In this document: positions 34,684-38,718 of the stretch, piece by piece
Position numbering within the stretch: position 1 is the stretch's first letter
Layout: every line of letters begins with the position of its first letter
Source: Octopus bimaculoides
Lineage: Eukaryota
DNA length: 38,718 bases
Assembly (NCBI RefSeq): GCF_001194135.2
Contig: NC_068990.1
Coordinates: 83,754,892-83,793,609 of the forward strand
Reading direction: 5' to 3'
Translations under genes and position numbers: made by a program
Notes under the pieces: generated by a model
Seen by the model: the letters and a program-made list of their open reading frames with translations, nothing else
Databases searched by the model: none
Told to the model about the DNA's origin: nothing

Positions 34684-36236
34684 AATAATGATGATGATGA
34701 CAATGATGGCAACAGATAAAGAGAGCTGAAGGAAGAAGTACAAATTTTGGGAGACTGGTATAACCAAATTCAGGAGGAGGAGAACATCAATGATGATGAA
34801 AAAGACGATCACAAGAAACAGAGAGATGAAGGAAACTCAACAAAATGATGCCAACTTACCTGCTGAAAAGTAACCAAACCAAATCCTAAAAGGAACAATT
34901 TCCTGAGGTTTCCTGTTGACCTGAACAGGTCTTTCCAGCTGGACATCTGCAATTAATTACCAATTACAATATTTTGATATCATTTCATATTATTTTCATT
35001 ATTTTGGTCACTTCTTTATAAATTGCCAAACTAAACAGTCAGTATTTGTCTTATGTCCTTACCTCTAGCTGTGCACTGTGTACTCTATTGAGTACACAGT
35101 GCACAGCTAGAGGTGTTTTTGAAAGCTTGGTCATATGCAGAATGACCACAGGTCATTTGACTTACATAAAATAGTCTTCAGTGAGACTTAAGCAAACAAA
35201 CACCTCTCAAATGACCAGGAATGTTATGCCTCAGTTGGTTAGAGCAGGGGTTTTCAAACTTTTTGACTTGCGGACCCCTTTATATTTCAGGATTTACCTT
35301 AGGGACCCCCTTATAAACGCTTATGAAATTTATACATGAATATTTGCTTAAAATAACATATATTTTTACATTTATTTATTTAACAGTATTTAACAAATAG
35401 GTTTATTGTCAATTAAAAGATTTCGATTAAAAAACATATAAAATCAAATTGCCCATAAAAAATATTTGCTGTCCACGGACCCCCTGTGGTCCGCAGACCA
35501 CAGTTTGAAAACCCCTGGGTTAGAGTATATCACATGGGATGGAATTGTTGATCCAATAAGGCCCAGATTTTGAGATCGGAGTAATTTTGGGGTAACAGTA
35601 AGTGGTATCAGATATATGTAGCAATCAATATTATGCTCTGAGGCTGATGGTCAATTTCATTTTTTTTTTAATCCAACAAATACAACATTCTTTCTATAAC
35701 TGCCAGATCAAGGAATCTTTGGAAATTGTCTTAATCTCTTGCTGAAAAATCATTCAAACATCTTCATTTGCATGCATAAATTTCTCCTATATCATTCTTA
35801 AGCTTCTGCCAACCCTCTACAGAATGCAAGAGATGATATTCCATCAGCTGTAACACCAGAGAGTAGAGAGTTGTAAATACTGTGGATACAGCCCAACGCC
35901 CAATCCCCAGCTCCAGTATAAGATTGAACCCGTATTCAGTCAAAAAAATGGGTTGTCTCTGACAAGTGAAAGAACTGATAGTTAGAATTTTGTGGGTACC
36001 TAGATTATCTCCATCATCATCGTTTAACGTCTGCTTTCCGTGCAGGCATGGGCTGGACGGTTTGACTGAGGACTGACAAACCAGTAGGTTGCACTATGCT
36101 CCAGTCTGATCTGGTAAGGTTTCTACAGCCAGATGCCCTTCCTAACACCAACCACTCTGAGAGTGTAGGGGGTGCTTTTTACATGCCACCGGCATGGGAG
36201 CCCATCAGACTTGATATTATTTCTAGATTTTATGTA

Positions 36237-36269
<33 letters not shown>

Positions 36270-37649
36270 NNNNNNNNNNNNNNNNNNNNNNNNNNNNNNN
36301 NNNNNNNNNNNNNNNNNNNNNNNNNNNNNNNNNNNNNNNNNNNNNNNNNNNNNNNNNNNNNNNNNNNNNNNNNNNNNNNNNNNNNNNNNNNNNNNNNNNN
36401 NNNNNNNNNNNNNNNNNNNNNNNNNNNNNNNNNNNNNNNNNNNNNNNNNNNNNNNNNNNNNNNNNNNNNNNNNNNNNNNNNNNNNNNNNNNNNNNNNNNN
36501 NNNNNNNNNNNNNNNNNNNNNNNNNNNNNNNNNNNNNNNNNNNNNNNNNNNNNNNNNNNNNNNNNNNNNNNNNNNNNNNNNNNNNNNNNNNNNNNNNNNN
36601 NNNNNNNNNNNNNNNNNNNNNNNNNNNNNNNNNNNNNNNNNNNNNNNNNNNNNNNNNNNNNNNNNNNNNNNNNNNNNNNNNNNNNNNNNNNNNNNNNNNN
36701 NNNNNNNNNNNNNNNNNNNNNNNNNNNNNNNNNNNNNNNNNNNNNNNNNNNNNNNNNNNNNNNNNNNNNNNNNNNNNNNNNNNNNNNNNNNNTGTGCGTG
36801 CGTGTGTGTGCGTGTGTGTGTGTGTATGTTTGTGTGTCGGTGTTTGTCCCCCCAACATTGCCTGACAACCGATGCTGGTGTGTTTACGTCCCCATAACTT
36901 AGCAGTTCAGCAAAAGGAACCGATAGAATAAGTACTAGGCTTACAAAGAATAAGTCTTGGGGTCGATTTGCTTGACTGAAGGCAGTGCTCCAGCATGGCC
37001 ATATTAAAATGACTGAAAGAAGTAAAAGAGTAGCTCCTATTTTCTTTGCAGGAGGCCATTCTATGCTGTCGAAATACATGTGGTTGATGCTCAGTTTGAA
37101 AATTTTTAGGTTAATATTGGTGGGAAATCATAGGCAGCAAGAGAACCCAGAAGGCTGCAGTGCCAAGANNNNNNNNNNAAGGCTGCAGTGCCAAGACAAA
37201 AAACGGTTTGGAAAAATGATTAGGAAAGGATCTAGTGTGTGTGTGTGTGTGTGTGTAAGGTTAGGGCACATAATAAGGATCATGAAAGGAGGAAAAGGGA
37301 AGGTATCAGGTGGGAAGTGTTATGCAGTTTCCTATTTAAGACGAACAGATATTGTAATAATAGAAATGCTAAAATAGGCAGAGAGGAAGAAGCTAGATCT
37401 GTTGTTCTTAGTGAGCCAGTAGTTGTAGCTTGTAGGTGAGTATTTTATTTGTTAATCAGTTGAATGACTTTTGGAAGGATGTAGTCTAAGATGTTTGTAG
37501 AAGAAATTTAAATGGAGTAAAAATATATGTATGAAACTACCTGAACTTCTTTCCCTTTTAATACCAAATATCTGGGACTTTGAGGTAGAAAAAGCATCAT
37601 CAAGATTTGCAAAACAGCAAGAACCGATGACAGACCAAACATGTATCTC
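20698..37649 (-). CDS. SLC2A10/12: Class III facilitated glucose transporter (GLUT10/GLUT12-like, MFS sugar porter), multi-exon span; 5' exons outside window
   Basis: Six exons in order give WRYMFGL..LPQSPRYLV, WKDLFRS..GLVTFQQ, FTGQPNMLYYA..GLGTVK, VDHWGRRILL..AYGISFGP, DLITLPW..VPETKNKTLEQI and a cytoplasmic tail. These are sugar-porter motifs (QQxTGQPN, DxxGRR, PETK) with a long loop between TM9 and TM10, as in class III GLUTs. Confidence 0.93.
21093..21219. repeat. Inverted repeat, 51-bp arms with 3 mismatches
   Basis: 21093-21143 is the reverse complement of 21169-21219 except at 21106/21206, 21118/21194 and 21135/21177. Confidence 0.95.
21494..21571. repeat. (AAT)n microsatellite
   Basis: Direct inspection. 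Confidence 0.95.
21572..22790 (-). mobile_element. Cluster of about 4 decayed family B SINE copies in reverse orientation, interspersed with (AAT)n/(ATT)n
   Basis: Recurrent gaatgaaaggcaaagttgac...ggaatttgaactcagaa motifs at about 21650, 22225, 22400 and 22625. Confidence 0.6.
22838..23337 (-). mobile_element. SINE family A spanning a 378-N gap
   Basis: Tail before the gap (tttcagtcatttgactgtggccatgctggagc) and head after it (gacacttgcccaaggtgccacgcagtgggactgaacc). Confidence 0.75.
24650..24880 (-). mobile_element. Probable LINE 3' UTR remnant
   Basis: Minus strand ends gtagtgcacctgagcactatacacaataatttcattattattat, a typical LINE-like end with an (ATT)n tail. Confidence 0.35.
25186..25575 (-). 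mobile_element. Family R copy (25186-25440) fused to a family A head (25440-25575)
   Basis: Sequence switches from family R (aaaatggtgtattttatgtg) to family A (gggct..cagtttc..tctaccaaat.cactcacaagg) at about 25440. Confidence 0.7.
26012..26413 (-). mobile_element. Full-length SINE family A, reverse orientation
   Basis: Near-complete reverse complement of 33954-34412. Confidence 0.85.
26691..26823 (-). CDS. SLC2A10/12: SLC2A10/12-like exon (TM12: (D)LITLPWTFLLFAVISSIAFIFIFYCVPETKNKTLEQIARELST)
   Basis: Acceptor ttttctttacag|AC (phase 1), donor AT|gtaagt (phase 2), 133 nt; not in the ORF track. Confidence 0.95.
26910..27257. mobile_element. Possible decayed hAT-like MITE
   Basis: Ends tagtggatctcca / gggatcacctg loosely inverted; internal ggggtc/ggggccc motifs; no clear TSD. 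Confidence 0.25.
28300..28631 (+). repeat. Family R internal subrepeats followed by about 4 short tandem units (GTGGCCATGAAACAATCATAGAA) running into a gap
   Basis: Repeated gactggttcctgtgccagtggcac..aaaagcac units, then 23-30 bp repeats at 28510-28620. Confidence 0.65.
29919..30462 (-). CDS. SLC2A10/12: SLC2A10/12-like large exon (TM8-TM10 with long exofacial loop)
   Basis: Acceptor ttttacag|GTT, VSVAIVALLCVDHWGRRILLMIGVG...LLALMAYVGAYGISFGP, donor CCA A|gtatgt (phase 1), 544 nt. Confidence 0.95.
30575..30955 (+). mobile_element. SINE/LINE-end repeat with RTE-like 3' tail and (GAT)n end (family R)
   Basis: Contains ggttggcgttaggaagggcatccagc, internal GTGGCACGTAAAA subrepeats and a gatgatgat tail; reverse copies at 10727, 25186 and 36012. 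Confidence 0.8.
31326..31541. mobile_element. Possible TTAA-flanked (piggyBac-like) MITE, decayed
   Basis: Bounded by TTAA at both ends with degenerate inverted termini (TTAACTCTTTAGAATT / AATGTTAAACGCTTAA). Confidence 0.35.
32160..32270 (-). CDS. SLC2A10/12: SLC2A10/12-like exon (FTGQPNMLYYAPIVFRAVGFPSDSAAILATLGLGTVK)
   Basis: Acceptor ttatttaatttcag|TTT, donor AAG|gtaaat, 111 nt, phase 0-0. Confidence 0.95.
32545..32690 (-). mobile_element. Decayed CORE-like SINE fragment
   Basis: Reverse complement resembles the tgtgtccttgag...ttgctccagt..actcagctg core of 5693/6329. Confidence 0.4.
32775..32960 (-). mobile_element. Penelope pseudo-LTR-like repeat carrying a hammerhead-like motif
   Basis: Contains CTGTGGAAGAGCATAGGCTCGAAACGT on the minus strand, the CTGNNGA(A)-stem-GAAACGT signature typical of PLE terminal repeats. 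Confidence 0.5.
32866..32901 (-). ncRNA. Minimal type I hammerhead-ribozyme-like motif (variant core)
   Basis: RNA CUUU-CUGUGGA-A-GAGC AUAG GCUC-GAAA-CG-UU-AAAG: stem I CUUU/AAAG, stem II GAGC/GCUC with tetraloop, palindromic ACGU stem III; A6 replaced by U. Confidence 0.5.
33196..33260. repeat. (ATT)n microsatellite
   Basis: Direct inspection. Confidence 0.95.
33570..33780 (-). mobile_element. Decayed family B SINE, reverse
   Basis: gatgaaaggaaaagttgacc...tttgaactcagaac. Confidence 0.5.
33954..34412 (+). mobile_element. Full-length tRNA-headed SINE (family A) with internal (TA)n(TG)n
   Basis: A-box TGGCTGTGTGG, B-box-like GGTTCAGTCCC, body shared with copies at 26012, 22838, 10140, 8020 and 36793; GTAAAAGA-type tail. 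Confidence 0.85.
34455..34830. repeat. (GAT)n-rich cryptic repeat with 2-3 copies of a ~65-bp unique spacer
   Basis: gataaagag.gctgaaggaaga..tacaaattttggg..actg.t.taaccaaattca at about 34590 and 34715. Confidence 0.75.
34860..34946 (-). CDS. SLC2A10/12: SLC2A10/12-like exon (MSSWKDLFRSTGNLRKLFLLGFGLVTFQQ)
   Basis: Acceptor taattgcag|ATG, donor CAG|gtaagt, 87 nt, phase 0-0. Confidence 0.92.
35061..35114. repeat. Perfect 25-bp inverted repeat with 4-nt loop
   Basis: acctctagctgtgcactgtgtactc-tatt-gagtacacagtgcacagctagaggt. Confidence 0.97.
35245..35517. mobile_element. Non-autonomous hAT-type DNA transposon (MITE), 273 bp
   Basis: Perfect 16-bp TIRs CAGGGGTTTTCAAACT / AGTTTGAAAACCCCTG flanked by identical 8-bp TSD GGTTAGAG (35237-35244 and 35518-35525). 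Confidence 0.9.
36012..36210 (-). mobile_element. Family R repeat, reverse orientation, truncated
   Basis: catcatcatcgtttaacgtc...gatgcccttcctaacaccaacc. Confidence 0.75.
36793..37030 (+). mobile_element. SINE family A, 3' half (head presumably in the gap)
   Basis: Matches 34195-34412. Confidence 0.75.
37260..37500 (-). mobile_element. Highly degenerate CR1/L2-like ORF2 C-terminal fragment
   Basis: Minus-strand LQLLAH*...LCLF*HFYYYNICSS* resembles the L+PL.HRR..A.L.LFY.YY...CSS motif of CR1-group LINE ends. Confidence 0.35.
37541..37649 (-). CDS. SLC2A10/12: SLC2A10/12-like exon (TM6 region: W RYMFGLSSVLAVLQILMMLFLPQSPRYLVLKGKEVQ)
   Basis: Acceptor ttttctttcccaaacag|G (phase 2), donor CAG|gtagtt, 109 nt. 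Confidence 0.92.
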
Positions 37650-37759
37650 CTGTTTGGGAAAGAAAAGAAAAGTTTACGTTAAATAAAATAATATAAAACG
37701 CTTTATTTTTTAATGCGATAATCTGTAAAATTAAACAGTAGTAGATAGTATATCTTCCT

Positions 37760-38070
37760 TCTCATTATCATTTAACATCCATTTTCCATGCTGGCAGAGG
37801 ACTGCACCAACCTCCAATGTCTGCTTTGGCATGGTTCCATGTCTAGATATCCTTCCTAAGGTCTCTCGCCTTACAGAGTGTACTGGGTGCTTTCTACTGG
37901 GTGTACTGGGCACTGGCACCAGTGAGGTCATCAAGGAATTGACATGATAAGACACCTCAACTGAGTTGGGGGGTAGAACTGAGGGAAGTGACATTATTCC
38001 CGGTGATAAAAGGTTAGGGTATGAAAGGGGAACAGGAACAGGTGTCTTGCCGTAGGGGAGATACATGGCT
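37760..38070 (-). mobile_element. Diverged family R-related repeat
   Basis: tcatttaacatccattttccatgctggc ... gatatccttccta ... gggtgctttcta pattern. Confidence 0.5.
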
Positions 38071-38686
38071 ACCCCAGTTGGAAAAGAGAAGAGATGATGC
38101 TCCAGATGGTTTTGCCTGACATGCTAACATTTCTGCCAGCTTGCTGCATTACACACTGGATAATGTTGTCCAAGGTACATTATTTATGGGAATATGAATG
38201 TGATGGTTACAGGTAGTCATTTTGTCTCTTTCAACATTTAGAGAGTGGAATTCACGCCACACAATTGTTTGTCACTATAGAATTTGCTGAGCAGATATTT
38301 TTTTGTACTATTCCCACCAAATGCAAATCAAGTCTCAGGCTTCTTGGAACTACACACAGATGGTGGATCTTCTGCTGTGTTAGTCAGAGTATGCATTATG
38401 TCTATGACACTGAAATACCAAAATCTCTGCTGTTTCCTCACTTATGTGGCCACAGAATGTGTAGTATTGCTGTAAGCAGTCACGATTTCCTGGTCACTAC
38501 CATGGCTACATTCTTTGTTAAATGCTGTCAGTGTTTAGGACACGGAGTCTAACCATGTAATTATACATATTTGTCATTGTGGGAGGTTACAATAGGAATC
38601 TAAACTTAATTCTAGCACAAAAAAGGTCATACTTTATAATGGTTCAACAGCTACTATGCGTGTATATATATGTATTATATATCCAA

Positions 38687-38718
<32 letters not shown>

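Noticed and set aside
37151-37196. 18-bp direct repeat AAGGCTGCAGTGCCAAGA as a TSD
   Set aside because: It flanks only a 10-N gap; an assembly overlap artefact.

Overview
AT-rich, microsatellite- and SINE-dense eukaryotic genomic window with 10 assembly gaps. The repeat landscape looks like an octopus genome (inference, not verified). It holds two intron-rich protein-coding genes, both on the minus strand and head-to-tail. (1) A calcyphosin-like EF-hand gene (CAPSL): coding exons at 14264-14400, 6756-6962 and 5317-5418; the exon for EF-hands 1-2 is not visible. A putative non-coding first exon lies next to an RFX X-box-like palindrome at about 18.0 kb. (2) The 3' portion of a class III sugar transporter (GLUT10/GLUT12-like): six exons between 20698 and 37649, two expected exons probably hidden in N-gaps, and the 5' end outside the window. 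A two-exon plus-strand ORF (744-831 + 3221-3360) may be the 3' end of a third, convergent gene. Repeats include tRNA-headed SINEs, RTE-tail-like SINEs, fragments of Penelope (GIY-YIG), R4/Dong-like (RLE) and CR1/L2-like retroelements, a hAT MITE with an 8-bp TSD, and a 64-bp minisatellite. The most unusual signals are a minimal hammerhead-ribozyme-like motif with a variant core in a transporter intron, two long intronic hairpins, and a heavily glycosylatable transporter loop containing RKKR. Almost all ORFs in the supplied track are microsatellite, SINE or gap artefacts.
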